Assembly: GCF_000025685.1 (NCBI RefSeq)
Contig: NC_013967.1
Location: forward strand, 2,280,001 to 2,312,000
Direction of reading: 5' to 3'
Source: Haloferax volcanii DS2
Lineage (GTDB): Archaea > Halobacteriota > Halobacteria > Halobacteriales > Haloferacaceae
DNA: 32,000 nucleotides
Every line of letters begins with the position of its first letter. Within the stretch, counting starts at the first letter, position 1. Under the pieces are notes generated by a model. It was not told the DNA's origin and searched no databases. It saw only the letters and a program-made list of their open reading frames with translations. Positions 8,857 through 17,995 of the stretch are shown here, piece after piece. The translations under genes were made by a program, and so were the position numbers.

Positions 8857-10194
8857 ATGACTTCCGTCGGCATCGACGCCATGGAGATTTGGACGGGCAA
8901 ACTCGTGTTAGACCTCCCCAACACCTTCGCGCCGGTGAAGGGCGAAGACCCGGAGAAGTACACGAAGGGCCTCGGTCTCCACACGTCGTCGTTCCCGGAC
9001 GTGTACGAGGACATCGTCACGATGGGGGCGAACGCCGCCAAGAAACTGATGGACCGAAAGGGCCTCACGCCCGCGGACATCGGCCGCATCGACGTGGCGA
9101 CAGAGTCCGCGTTCGACAACTCCAAACCGGTGTCGACGTACATCGCCGGCTGTCTCGAACAGGTGTACGACGGCGACTTCCGCCACGCCAACAAGGGCGA
9201 GCGCAAGTTCGCCTGCATCGCCGGCACCCAGAGCCTCGACGACGCCTACAACTGGATTAAAGCGGGTCGCAACCGCGGGCGCGCGGCGCTCGTCATCGCA
9301 ACCGACACCGCCCTCTACGAGCGCGGCGACCCCGGCGAGGCGACGCAGGGCGCGGGCGCGGTCGCGATGCTCATCGACGAGGACCCGGACCTCGTCGAAC
9401 TCTCGACCGAGCAGGGCTACGGCAGTATGGACGAGACGGACTTCCTCAAGCCGAACCAGCAGTTCCCCTCGGTGGACGGCAAGCGCTCCATGCAGGTGTA
9501 TCTCGCTCGGATGCGCGAGGCGCTCGAAGACTACGAGAGCGTCGCGGGTCGCACCCACCCCGACCTGTTCGAGTACATCCCGTTCCACACGCCGTTCCCC
9601 GGCATGGTCCGGAAGGCGGCGCTTCTGGGCTTCCGCCACATGACCCGCGACACCGACATCGAAGACGACCTCGAAAGCGAAATCGGCCGCCAGCCCCGCG
9701 AGGAGGACTTCGAGACGTGGGACGACTACGAGGAGGCCATCCGCGGCTACATGGACGAACTGAAGACGACCGAGCAGTACCGCGACTGGTACGGTCGCGT
9801 CATCGAGCCGACGCTCGACATCTCCAGCCGCGTCGGCAACTGGTACACCGGCTCGGTCCACATCGCCCGACTGTCTGCCCTGAAGGCCGCCGCGGACGAA
9901 GGTAAAGATATGACCGGCAAGCAGCTGCTCGTCGGCTCGTACGGCTCCGGCGCGCAGGCCGAGATTCACGCCGAGCGGGTCCAAGAGACGTGGCTCGACG
10001 AAATCGAGGCCGTGGACGTGGACGACCAGCTCGCGGCCCGCACCGAGATTTCTTTCGACGACTACGAGCTCATCCACGACGTGCACAACCACGAAAAGGA
10101 AATCGAGGTCGAGGAGTTCACCCAACCCGAAGCCGAGTTCGTCTTCACGGGCTGGGGGCGGATGAACGAGCGCCGCTACGAATACGTCGAATAA
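8857..10194 (+). CDS. hmgB: hydroxymethylglutaryl-CoA synthase (mevalonate pathway)
   Basis: 445 aa. MTSVGIDAMEIWTGKLVLDL...ATESAFDNSKP...KFACIAGTQSLDDA...EATQGAGAVAML, with thiolase-fold HMGCS catalytic Glu/Cys/His regions. It closely resembles my recollection of the characterised Haloferax enzyme. Confidence 0.9.
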   Translation: MTSVGIDAMEIWTGKLVLDLPNTFAPVKGEDPEKYTKGLGLHTSSFPDVYEDIVTMGANAAKKLMDRKGLTPADIGRIDVATESAFDNSKPVSTYIAGCLEQVYDGDFRHANKGERKFACIAGTQSLDDAYNWIKAGRNRGRAALVIATDTALYERGDPGEATQGAGAVAMLIDEDPDLVELSTEQGYGSMDETDFLKPNQQFPSVDGKRSMQVYLARMREALEDYESVAGRTHPDLFEYIPFHTPFPGMVRKAALLGFRHMTRDTDIEDDLESEIGRQPREEDFETWDDYEEAIRGYMDELKTTEQYRDWYGRVIEPTLDISSRVGNWYTGSVHIARLSALKAAADEGKDMTGKQLLVGSYGSGAQAEIHAERVQETWLDEIEAVDVDDQLAARTEISFDDYELIHDVHNHEKEIEVEEFTQPEAEFVFTGWGRMNERRYEYVE

Positions 10195-10248
10195 CAGACC
10201 GACCGCACGGCCGAGCGACGGGCGAGCGCCCGCGTTCGCGCTGGGTCG

Positions 10249-10549
10249 TCAGAACGACCGCGCTTGTTCGGGGAGTATCGACCACGAATCCGCCGGGTCC
10301 GCCCCTCGGTCGTCGTAGAACTTCCTGCCGATGTAGTCGTCGCTCACGCTCCCGAGTATCGTGTTGTACAGGTCGGCGGCCGACTCGTAGGTCTCAGCCG
10401 AGCGGGGCGAGGATGGTCTCGACGGTCTCCGCGTCGTCGACGTTCGGCGCGGTCACCTCGACGTCGCCGGCGCGTTCCAGCACGCGCTCGGTCGTGACCG
10501 GGTACTCGAACGCCGTTTCGAGGTACGATTGGAGGGCGCGAATGTCCAT
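10249..10549 (-). pseudogene. small conserved haloarchaeal protein (DUF5789/DUF2795-like), interrupted by a +1 frameshift
   Basis: The ATG at 10549-10547 gives MDIRALQSYLETAFEYPVTTERVLERAGDVEVTAPNVDDAETVETILAPLG, then TGA at 10396-10394. The sequence continues one base out of frame from 10395 as ETYESAADLYNTILGSVSDDYIGRKFYDDRGADPADSWSILPEQARSF, with a stop at 10251-10249. The total of 301 nt is not a multiple of 3. Both halves fall below the ORF-track length cut-off. Confidence 0.65.
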
Positions 10550-10688
10550 GGTCGGACATCGTCGCGGCCGCCCTTCGGCTTTTTTCGCCCTCAGGCGGAC
10601 ACTCTGGAAATTCGAATCGAAGGGAGCGAAACGAATCGAACGAATCGGGTCAGACGGACCGAAAACGGATACGGGTACTACGGCGTTC

Positions 10689-11396
10689 TCAGGGGAGCTT
10701 CCGCAGGTCTTCGAGCATCTCGTCTAAATCGCGGTCGGTCACGGCGAGGGCGAAGCCGTCGATGGTGGCGAGCGCGGGCGCGTGCTCCCAGAGGTCGTCC
10801 TTCGAGAGGCCGTGGAGGACGACGGCGTTCGGCGTCGGCGTGACGACGCGCATGGCGACGAGCGGCGACTCGCCGCGGGTGACGCCGGTGAACACGAGCG
10901 CCCGACTCGTCGACTGCCCGTAGAGCCGGTAGAACTCCTCGGAGGAGAGCCGCGTGATTGCCTGAATGCTGTTGATGACGGTGTGGCCGCTGATGCGGTC
11001 TTGGTCGCCGTCGACGATGGGGGTCGCGCCGATGGCGTCGTAGAAGCTATTGAGCGGAATCGACGTGGGGTACTCCCGGAGGTCCTGGACGATGTCGCTC
11101 TCGAAGCCGGCCGAGAGGACGCGGGCGTACTGCCGGATGCGACTGCCGCCGCGGGCCTCGTCGATATCGAGGAGCGCTTCGACCATCCGGCGGATGACGC
11201 CGATGCCGGGGCTCTCGCGGCGGCCGCTCTCGTAGTCGGAGACGACCGACGACGACACGTCCAACTGCTCGGCGAGCGCCGTCTGGGAGATGTCGAAGTC
11301 GGTCCGCCACTTCCGGAGCGTCGCGCCGGGGTCGTCCGAGAGGGTAATCTCGCCCGCGATGCGGCGGGCGAGGTCGTCGCGCGGTGCCGCGGTCAT
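10689..11396 (-). CDS. XRE-type HTH transcriptional regulator with conserved archaeal C-terminal domain
   Basis: MTAAPRDDLARRIAGEITLS...LRKWRTDFDISQTALAEQLDVSSSVVSDYESGRRESPG is a Cro/C1-type HTH. I chose the ATG at 11396 because the track's 49-aa N-terminal extension is basic and looks like junk. Confidence 0.75.
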   Translation of the reverse strand: MTAAPRDDLARRIAGEITLSDDPGATLRKWRTDFDISQTALAEQLDVSSSVVSDYESGRRESPGIGVIRRMVEALLDIDEARGGSRIRQYARVLSAGFESDIVQDLREYPTSIPLNSFYDAIGATPIVDGDQDRISGHTVINSIQAITRLSSEEFYRLYGQSTSRALVFTGVTRGESPLVAMRVVTPTPNAVVLHGLSKDDLWEHAPALATIDGFALAVTDRDLDEMLEDLRKLP

Positions 11397-11536
11397 CGCG
11401 AACACCTCGGCCCGTCCGACGAGTGAGTCATGGGACAACCTGCGTGAGTATCCCGCAAAAGGATGTCGAAAGTGGTAGTCGTCGCGTGACGAACCCCGTG
11501 GGAACTCTGAAGGTCGTCGGCCGACCACTACGCGGT

Positions 11537-12193
11537 ATGCCATCGACCCTCGTCCACGTCGCCGTCGGCGGACTCGTCGGTGCCGGCCTCCTCGGTCGCT
11601 GGTTCGACGCCCGGTCGGTCGGCGTCGCGCTCGTCGCTGCCGCGGTTCCCGACCTCGATTCGTTCACCAGCACGCACCTGCCCGGGAGCCACCGCGCGCT
11701 CCTCCACACGCTGTTGCTCCCGCTCGTCCTCGCCGCGCTCGTGGCCTACGACACGCGGATGCGGGACCCCGAACGCTCCGCGATTCGCGGTCGCTGGGGC
11801 GCTCGGGGGGTCGCAGTCGCGTGGGTCGGCGTCGCCGCGCTCCTCTGCGGCGGCATCTTCCCCGACCTGTTCACCAACGGTGTCAACGCCTTCTACCCGC
11901 TTCACGACGCGTTCTACTCGATTAGCGGGCGCGCCGAGTGGTCGAGCACGCGCGGGTTCGTCCAGACGTTCGTCGAGCTACGGCCCGCGTCGCCTCCGCC
12001 GACGACGGAGACGCTCCATTACAGCACCGTGGTCGACCCGTCGCCGGGCGCGGAACCCGAGAACGTCGAGCGGGTGGCCCCACTCGCCTCGTCGGGGACG
12101 GAACTGATGCTCGTCGTGCTCGGCGCGGGCGTGGTCGGCGGACGGCTCCTGTCGGAGCGGCTTCGCGGGCCGGCGGGCGAACCGGCTGAGTGA
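11537..12193 (+). CDS. membrane-bound metal-dependent hydrolase-like protein (YdjM/DUF457-like)
   Basis: MPSTLVHVAVGGLVGAGLLG...AAVPDLDSF...HRALLHTLLLPLVLAAL, multi-pass membrane protein with a His/Asp pattern. I chose the ATG at 11537, in frame with the track ORF that starts at 11384. Confidence 0.55.
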   Translation: MPSTLVHVAVGGLVGAGLLGRWFDARSVGVALVAAAVPDLDSFTSTHLPGSHRALLHTLLLPLVLAALVAYDTRMRDPERSAIRGRWGARGVAVAWVGVAALLCGGIFPDLFTNGVNAFYPLHDAFYSISGRAEWSSTRGFVQTFVELRPASPPPTTETLHYSTVVDPSPGAEPENVERVAPLASSGTELMLVVLGAGVVGGRLLSERLRGPAGEPAE

Positions 12194-12281
12194 CGGGGCG
12201 AGCCGACGACCGAATTGGGGCGAGCCGGGAACGCGGCCGCGACTCCGAGCGTTCATAACCGACGGCGACCCATCCGCGTGC

Positions 12282-12821
12282 ATGAGCGAGACACCGGATG
12301 GCGTCGAGGTGCGGCCGTACGAACCGGGCGATGCGGCCGCGTTCTGGGAACTGAAGCGCGGATTCGAACTCGGTCTCGGCGCGGGGACCGGCGGCGACGA
12401 CAAGCTTTCCACGTACGAGGCGAAACTCACGGACGACTACCGCGAGCGATATCTCTCGTGGGTCGAGCGCTGTGCGACCGACGACCCCGGCTGCGTCGTC
12501 GTTGCCGAAGCGGTGTCGGACGGCGGACAGAGCGGCAAGAGCGAGGACGCGACGCTCGTCGGCTACGCCTTCGCGCTCCCCGAGGAGATGACGTTCATCT
12601 GGGACGCCGCCGTCCTCAACGAACTGTTTCTCGACGCCGACTACCGCGGCTCGGGCGCCGCCGACGAACTCATGGACGCTGTGTTGGCCCACGCGCGCTC
12701 GCAGGACCTCCCCTTGGACCGAATCGTCCTCGACGTGGACGAGGCGAACGGTCGGGCGCGAGCGTTCTACGAGCGCTACGGCTTCGACCACTGGGGCGAA
12801 CTGGTCGCGCGCGACCTCTGA
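12282..12821 (+). CDS. GNAT family N-acetyltransferase
   Basis: 179 aa. The acetyl-CoA binding region is LFLDADYRGSGAADELMDAVLAHA...ANGRARAFYERYGF. A TATA-like TTCATAAC lies about 27 nt upstream. Confidence 0.85.
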   Translation: MSETPDGVEVRPYEPGDAAAFWELKRGFELGLGAGTGGDDKLSTYEAKLTDDYRERYLSWVERCATDDPGCVVVAEAVSDGGQSGKSEDATLVGYAFALPEEMTFIWDAAVLNELFLDADYRGSGAADELMDAVLAHARSQDLPLDRIVLDVDEANGRARAFYERYGFDHWGELVARDL

Positions 12822-12876
12822 GCCGGAACACGTGCGGGACCGGAGAACGGAGAACCGAACGGGCGGGCGTCCGTGA

Positions 12877-13458
12877 CTACCGGAGCGCCGTGGCCGCGAC
12901 GCCGCCGACGGTACCGAGAACGGCGGGGTATGCGACTCCCGCGAGGAGCGCTGACGTGACCGGGTCGGGGCTGACGGCCGCGTCGCCGACGGAGACGGTG
13001 AAAAGTGCGATACCGGCGAGCGCGGAGACGAGGTAGCCGACCGTGGTTCCCGCGCCGGCCAGCGCGCCATCCCGCGTCGAGGACGCGCCGCCGACGACGG
13101 CCGCGAGCGCGCCCGCAGCGAGCAGCGCGACCACGGGCACGACGTAGAGCACCGGCGAGAACGCCTCGACGCCTTCGATGAGGTTCGCGCTGGAGGTCGT
13201 TCCGAACAGGCCGGGGAACCGGGTCGTCACGCCGTGGGCGCTCATGAACACCCAACCGACGACCCTCCACGTCGAGACGTCGGAGCCGAGGGCTTCGAGC
13301 ACCTGACTGGCCGTCGAGTTCTCGATAGTCGAGGAGGTCAAAAGGTAGGTCACGAGGTAGCCGAACAGGGCCGCCCCGAGACCGGCGACGCCGCCGCTGC
13401 CGACCGACCGAAGCGTCGATGGTGTGGAACCGGGCGTCGATTCAGGTGTCGTTGACAT
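12877..13458 (-). CDS. integral membrane protein, unknown function
   Basis: MSTTPESTPGSTPSTLRSVGSGGVAGLGAALFGYLVTYLL..., with several predicted TM helices. I chose the ATG at 13458. A TATA-like CATTTACG lies about 30 nt upstream on the minus strand. Confidence 0.6.
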   Translation of the reverse strand: MSTTPESTPGSTPSTLRSVGSGGVAGLGAALFGYLVTYLLTSSTIENSTASQVLEALGSDVSTWRVVGWVFMSAHGVTTRFPGLFGTTSSANLIEGVEAFSPVLYVVPVVALLAAGALAAVVGGASSTRDGALAGAGTTVGYLVSALAGIALFTVSVGDAAVSPDPVTSALLAGVAYPAVLGTVGGVAATALR

Positions 13459-13642
13459 CGTGTCGGAACCGATTGTCGTTCTCCCGTAAATGTCTCGTGG
13501 CCGCCGTGAGTGATCGGCTCGCGGTACGATGTGACGAGACGAGGCGTCCACACCGCGACCCGCGCTCACGGCGGTCTGGAGGACGGCCGCGTCGTCGCCG
13601 GCGCGGTCCTCGGTGCAGTCCCCGGCGGCGAATCGAGGCGGC

Positions 13643-14293
13643 TCAGCGAACGTCGTCGGGGTCGAGGCTCCAGCGGAACTCGGCGTCGTAGTCGCCGTCG
13701 GTGGCGGTTTCCCACTGTTCGCGGGTCACGGACCAGCCGCGAACGTCGCGCGGGGTGCCGTCGGCGTCGACGGTCTCGTTGGGAAACAGGCCGTCTTCTC
13801 CCCCGCCGAAGCGGTCGGTGTACTTCTCGATTGCTCGACACGACGCCTCGTTTTCGGGCATGGCGTACGCGAGCGCCACGTCGAGGTCGAGCACGTCGAA
13901 GACCGCGGCGAAGAACGCGGCCGCCCGCTCGCCGGAGTAGCCGCGGCCCCAGAACTCCTTGCGGAGCCACATCCCGAAGACGGCCCGGCGCTTGTCCCAC
14001 TCGGGGTTGAACCCGGCGGTGCCGGCGAACTCGCCCGCGCCGTCCTCGCCGTCGCGGGGGAAGACGGCGTAGACGGCGTTTTCCGCGGACTCGTGGCCTT
14101 CTTCGGCCCGTTCGAGGAACTCCAGCGTCTCCTTGGGCGTCTCGTGGGGGCCCCACGTGACGAACTTCGTCTCCTCTTCGATGGTGTCCGACCGCGAGGC
14201 GGCGAAGTGGTCGTAGGCGTCCAACGGGTCGACGACCGCCCGCGACAGGGCGCGGAGCCTGAGCCGCGGGGTGACGATTTCGTCGGGGAACAT
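13643..14293 (-). CDS. GNAT family N-acetyltransferase (RimJ/RimL-like, Acetyltransf_3 type)
   Basis: 216 aa. It has the N-terminal TPRLRLRAL motif and the internal WLRKEFWGRGYSGERAAAFF...NEASCRAIEKY. Confidence 0.85.
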   Translation of the reverse strand: MFPDEIVTPRLRLRALSRAVVDPLDAYDHFAASRSDTIEEETKFVTWGPHETPKETLEFLERAEEGHESAENAVYAVFPRDGEDGAGEFAGTAGFNPEWDKRRAVFGMWLRKEFWGRGYSGERAAAFFAAVFDVLDLDVALAYAMPENEASCRAIEKYTDRFGGGEDGLFPNETVDADGTPRDVRGWSVTREQWETATDGDYDAEFRWSLDPDDVR

Positions 14294-14499
14294 GGAACGG
14301 AGTCCACTCGGAGGGCGCTAATAAGTTTTCTGAACATTGATATATGATTGCGTGGAACACGCCCGGGGCGGTCGCCGCTCTCGAACCCGTCGGATTCGAA
14401 CACGTTCCGAGCGCACACACGTTCTCCCGCGCGAGAACCCGGAGATGCGTACTTGTGGCGGGAGCGCGTCTAGCGAGGGCGGGAACGGAGTGCAACGAG

Positions 14500-14892
14500 A
14501 TGGACTGGGAGCGAACGGTGGGCGGCTACGCGCTCGTCACGGGAGCCGTGACGCTGGCCATCTGGGTGTTGACCGTCGACGGCGGTCCGATGATGGAACC
14601 GCGGACCGACCCGTTTTCGCTGTTCGCGTCGCTCGTGTTGGGGGGGCTGACCGGGGTGTCGCTTCTGGCGACGGGCATGGGTCTCGTTCGGAGACAGTTG
14701 TGGGCGCGGCCGCTCAGTCTCGTCGCCTTCGGCCTGCTTTTCGCCGGCGTCATCGACAGCGCCGGCTACTACGCCGGCGTCGGCCGGGTCGGCGTCGTCG
14801 TGGCGCTGTTCGTCGTCTGCCTCGCCACGCTGGCGGCGCTCGGTTGGTCGCTCGTCGACGCCCGGAACCGGGCGCGGCGGGCGGCGTGGTGA
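14500..14892 (+). CDS. small integral membrane protein (130 aa), unknown function
   Basis: MDWERTVGGYALVTGAVTLAIWVLTV..., with four hydrophobic segments. I chose the ATG at 14500 inside the track ORF that starts at 14344. Confidence 0.55.
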   Translation: MDWERTVGGYALVTGAVTLAIWVLTVDGGPMMEPRTDPFSLFASLVLGGLTGVSLLATGMGLVRRQLWARPLSLVAFGLLFAGVIDSAGYYAGVGRVGVVVALFVVCLATLAALGWSLVDARNRARRAAW

Positions 14893-15030
14893 GTCGGCGG
14901 GGTGAGACGGCGCGGTGGGGCGTCTGAGCCGGTGAGCCGCCCCGGTAGTTCGGGCCGCTTCCGGTGGGAGCGTCCGGCCGGCGCGCGGCGCTCCGCAACC
15001 ACTAAACGCGCCTCGGTCCTCCTTCCGATA

Positions 15031-16497
15031 ATGGTAGACTGGACGGAGAAGTACCGCCCATCGACGCTCTCCGAGGTCCGCGGCAACAACAAGGCCCGCG
15101 ACGCCCTCGCGGAGTGGGCCAAGACGTGGGACGACCACCGGGAGGCCGTCGTCGTCCACGGGAGCCCGGGCATCGGAAAGACCTCCGCGGCCCACGCGCT
15201 CGCCGCCGACATGGGCTGGGAGACGGTCGAGTTGAACGCGTCGGACCAGCGGACCGGCGACGTCATCGAACGCTTCGCCGGCCGCGCCGCGAAGAACGCG
15301 ACGCTCGCCGGTTCCTCCGCGGGCACGTCCACCCGGCAGTTGGTCATCCTCGACGAGGCCGACAACATCCACGGCAACTACGACCGCGGCGGGGCCAGCG
15401 CCGTCACCCGCCTCGTCAAGTCGTCGAGCCAGCCCATCGTCCTCATCGCCAACGAGTTCTACGACATGAGCCGCGGGCTCCGGAACGCCTGTCAGGAAAT
15501 CGAGTTCCGCGACGTGTCCGCCCGCTCTATCGTCCCCGTCCTCCGCGACATCTGCCGCAAGGAGGGACTGGAGTTCGAGTCCGACGCGCTCGACCGCATC
15601 GCCGAGATGAACAGCGGCGACCTCCGGTCGGCCGTCAACGACCTCCAAGCCATCGCCGAGGGCCGCGAGAAAATCACCGAAGAGGACGTGGTCATGGGCG
15701 ACCGCGACCGATCTGTCGGCCTGTTCGAGTTCCTCGACGCCGTCCTCAAAGAGGAGTCCGCGCAGGACGCGCTGTACACCGCCTACGACGTGGACGAGAC
15801 GCCCGACGACCTCACGAAGTGGGTCGAGGACAAGGTGTCGCTCGTCTACGAACCCGACGAACTCGCCCGCGCCTACGACTTCCTCGCCAACGCCGACCGC
15901 TGGCTCGGCCGCGTGCGCGCCACGCAGAACTACTCCTACTGGCGCTACGCGACCGACAACCTCGCCGCCGGCGTCGCGGCCTCCCGCGACCGAACCCGCG
16001 GCGGGTGGACCCGCTACGGCGGCGCGCCCTACCGCTCGACCCGCGACAAGACCCGCGACACCGTCGTCCGGAAAATCGCGCAGAACGGTGGCTTCAGCAT
16101 GGCGACCGCCCGCCGCGAGGCCCTGCCGTACCTCTCGGCCATCACCCACCACTGCAAGCCCCGCGAACTGACCGTCGCCATGGCCGCCTACTACGAGTTC
16201 GACGAGTCGCACGTCTCCTTCGTCACCGGGAGCGGCGAGACGACGAACAAGGTCCAGTCAATCGTCGAGGATGCCGGCGAACTCCGCGAGGAACTGGTCG
16301 AGGAACACGCCGCCGGCGCGTTCGCCGGCATGGAAGGCGTATCCGTCGACGACGACGCCGCGGCCGACGACGGTGGCGACGGAACGGACGACGTACTCGA
16401 CCGCGATGCCGACACCGACGCCGACGAGTCGGCCGAAAGCGACGACTCCGACGCCGCGACCGACGACGGGCAGTCCGGTCTCGACGACTTCTTCTGA
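15031..16497 (+). CDS. rfcB: replication factor C large subunit (clamp loader), with acidic tail and C-terminal PIP box
   Basis: MVDWTEKYRPSTLSEVRGNNKARDAL..., Walker A GSPGIGKTS, Walker B ILDEADN and sensor SGDLRSAVNDLQ. The C-terminus QSGLDDFF fits the QxxLxxFF PCNA-interaction motif. I chose the ATG at 15031 over the basic N-terminal extension in the track. Confidence 0.9.
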   Translation: MVDWTEKYRPSTLSEVRGNNKARDALAEWAKTWDDHREAVVVHGSPGIGKTSAAHALAADMGWETVELNASDQRTGDVIERFAGRAAKNATLAGSSAGTSTRQLVILDEADNIHGNYDRGGASAVTRLVKSSSQPIVLIANEFYDMSRGLRNACQEIEFRDVSARSIVPVLRDICRKEGLEFESDALDRIAEMNSGDLRSAVNDLQAIAEGREKITEEDVVMGDRDRSVGLFEFLDAVLKEESAQDALYTAYDVDETPDDLTKWVEDKVSLVYEPDELARAYDFLANADRWLGRVRATQNYSYWRYATDNLAAGVAASRDRTRGGWTRYGGAPYRSTRDKTRDTVVRKIAQNGGFSMATARREALPYLSAITHHCKPRELTVAMAAYYEFDESHVSFVTGSGETTNKVQSIVEDAGELREELVEEHAAGAFAGMEGVSVDDDAAADDGGDGTDDVLDRDADTDADESAESDDSDAATDDGQSGLDDFF

Positions 16498-16585
16498 GCG
16501 GGACTGCGCCGCATTTTGTCCGCTGCACGACAGGCGGGATTGACGCCACGCGGAGCTTTTTGGGGCCGCCCGACGAACCGCGCGT

Positions 16586-17647
16586 ATGAGAGCCGCAGTC
16601 CTCCGCGAACACGGTGAACCGCTCGACGTGACGGAAGTACCCGACCCGACGTGCGACGCCGACGGCGTCGTCGTCGAAGTCGAGGCCTGCGGTATCTGCC
16701 GGAGCGACTGGCACTCGTGGATGGGGCACGGCGAGTGGGCCGACGACGCGGTCCCGTCCGGGCAGATTCTCGGCCACGAGCCCGCCGGCCGCGTCGTCGA
16801 GGCCGGCGACCGCGTCGAGACGATTCGGGAGGGCGACCGCGTCGCCTTACCCTTCAATCTCGCCTGCGGTTCGTGCGGCTACTGCCAGACCGGCCACGGC
16901 AACGTCTGTACGGGCGACCACCCCCACGCCCTCGGCTTCGAACCCGCCGCCCAGGGCGCGTTCGCGGAGTTAGTACATCTCCCGTCCGCCGATTACAACG
17001 CGATTCAGCTCCCCGAGGATGTCTTACCGACCGACGTGGCCGCGCTCGGCTGTCGGTTCATGACGGCGTACAACGCCCTCGACGCCCGTGCCGGCCTCCG
17101 CGCGGGGCAGTGGGTCGCCGTCCACGGCTGCGGCGGCGTCGGCCTCTCGACGATTCAGGTGGCGAACGTCCTCGGCGCGCGCGTCGTCGCGGTCGACGTG
17201 CGCGAGTCCGCGCTCGACGCCGCGGCCGACCTCGGCGCTGACGCCGTCGTCGACGGCTCCGCGGAGGACCCGGTTGACGCCATCCGCGGACTGACCGACG
17301 GCGGGGCGCACGTCTCGCTCGACGCGCTCGGCGTCGCGGAGACCTGCCGGAACTCGGTTCGTTCGGTCCGGCCGCGGGGCTCGCACGTACAGGTCGGGCT
17401 GACGACCGAGGCCGAAAAGGGGAACGTGTCGCTGCCGACCGACTGGATGACGCGACACGAGGTGTCGTTCCTCGGCGCGCGCGGGATGCCGCCGACGAAC
17501 GCCGACGACCTGCTCTCGCTGCTCGCGTCGGACGCTGTCGACCCCGGGTCGCTCGTGACGAAAACCGTCTCGCTCGACGAGGTGCCCGAGCGACTGGCCG
17601 CGATGACCGACTACGACACCGTCGGCGTCGAAGTGATGGTTCCGTAA
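16586..17647 (+). CDS. zinc-dependent alcohol dehydrogenase family oxidoreductase
   Basis: 353 aa. The catalytic Zn motif is ACGICRSDWH...GHEPAG, the structural Zn cluster is CGSCGYCQTGHGNVC, and the Rossmann motif is VHGCGGVG. Confidence 0.9.
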   Translation: MRAAVLREHGEPLDVTEVPDPTCDADGVVVEVEACGICRSDWHSWMGHGEWADDAVPSGQILGHEPAGRVVEAGDRVETIREGDRVALPFNLACGSCGYCQTGHGNVCTGDHPHALGFEPAAQGAFAELVHLPSADYNAIQLPEDVLPTDVAALGCRFMTAYNALDARAGLRAGQWVAVHGCGGVGLSTIQVANVLGARVVAVDVRESALDAAADLGADAVVDGSAEDPVDAIRGLTDGGAHVSLDALGVAETCRNSVRSVRPRGSHVQVGLTTEAEKGNVSLPTDWMTRHEVSFLGARGMPPTNADDLLSLLASDAVDPGSLVTKTVSLDEVPERLAAMTDYDTVGVEVMVP

Positions 17648-17694
17648 AATCGGGGTTGGGCGGTTCGCGCTCGTTGACTCGGCTCGGTACCGGG

Positions 17695-17925
17695 TCAGGG
17701 CGTCGGCGTCGGCGCTCGACGCTCTTCAGAGGCCTCATCATCCAGCCCGCGCCAGACGACCGCGCCGCAGTCCGGGCAGTCGAGTCGGACCGTGCGGCCG
17801 TCGCGCGCCCGTTCGGGCCACGCGTCGATGCCGGCGGCGCGGCCGCAGGTCTGACAGAAGAGGACGGCCTTGGTGCGTTCGCTATCGGGCGGCTCGTGAC
17901 TGAATTCGCGGGGAGCGTAGTTCAT
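17695..17925 (-). CDS. small zinc-finger protein (CxxCG ... CPxCG)
   Basis: 76 aa. The two Cys pairs are FCQTCGRAAG and LDCPDCGAVV. This pattern is typical of small CPxCG-related zinc-finger proteins in haloarchaea. Confidence 0.6.
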   Translation of the reverse strand: MNYAPREFSHEPPDSERTKAVLFCQTCGRAAGIDAWPERARDGRTVRLDCPDCGAVVWRGLDDEASEERRAPTPTP

Positions 17926-17995
17926 GCCGCAGGAAGCGGCGTTTCGGGGGATAAGCTTGTTGGAAGATTCCGGGTGTGTGCCCGGCTACCTCGGC

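Noticed and set aside
10393-10399. Programmed +1 frameshift at GGC-UGA-G in the small gene at 10249-10549, analogous to RF2 autoregulation.
   Set aside because: The P-site codon GGC cannot re-pair in the +1 frame (GCU), and there is no slippery sequence or upstream stimulatory element. A pseudogene or an indel error is more likely.
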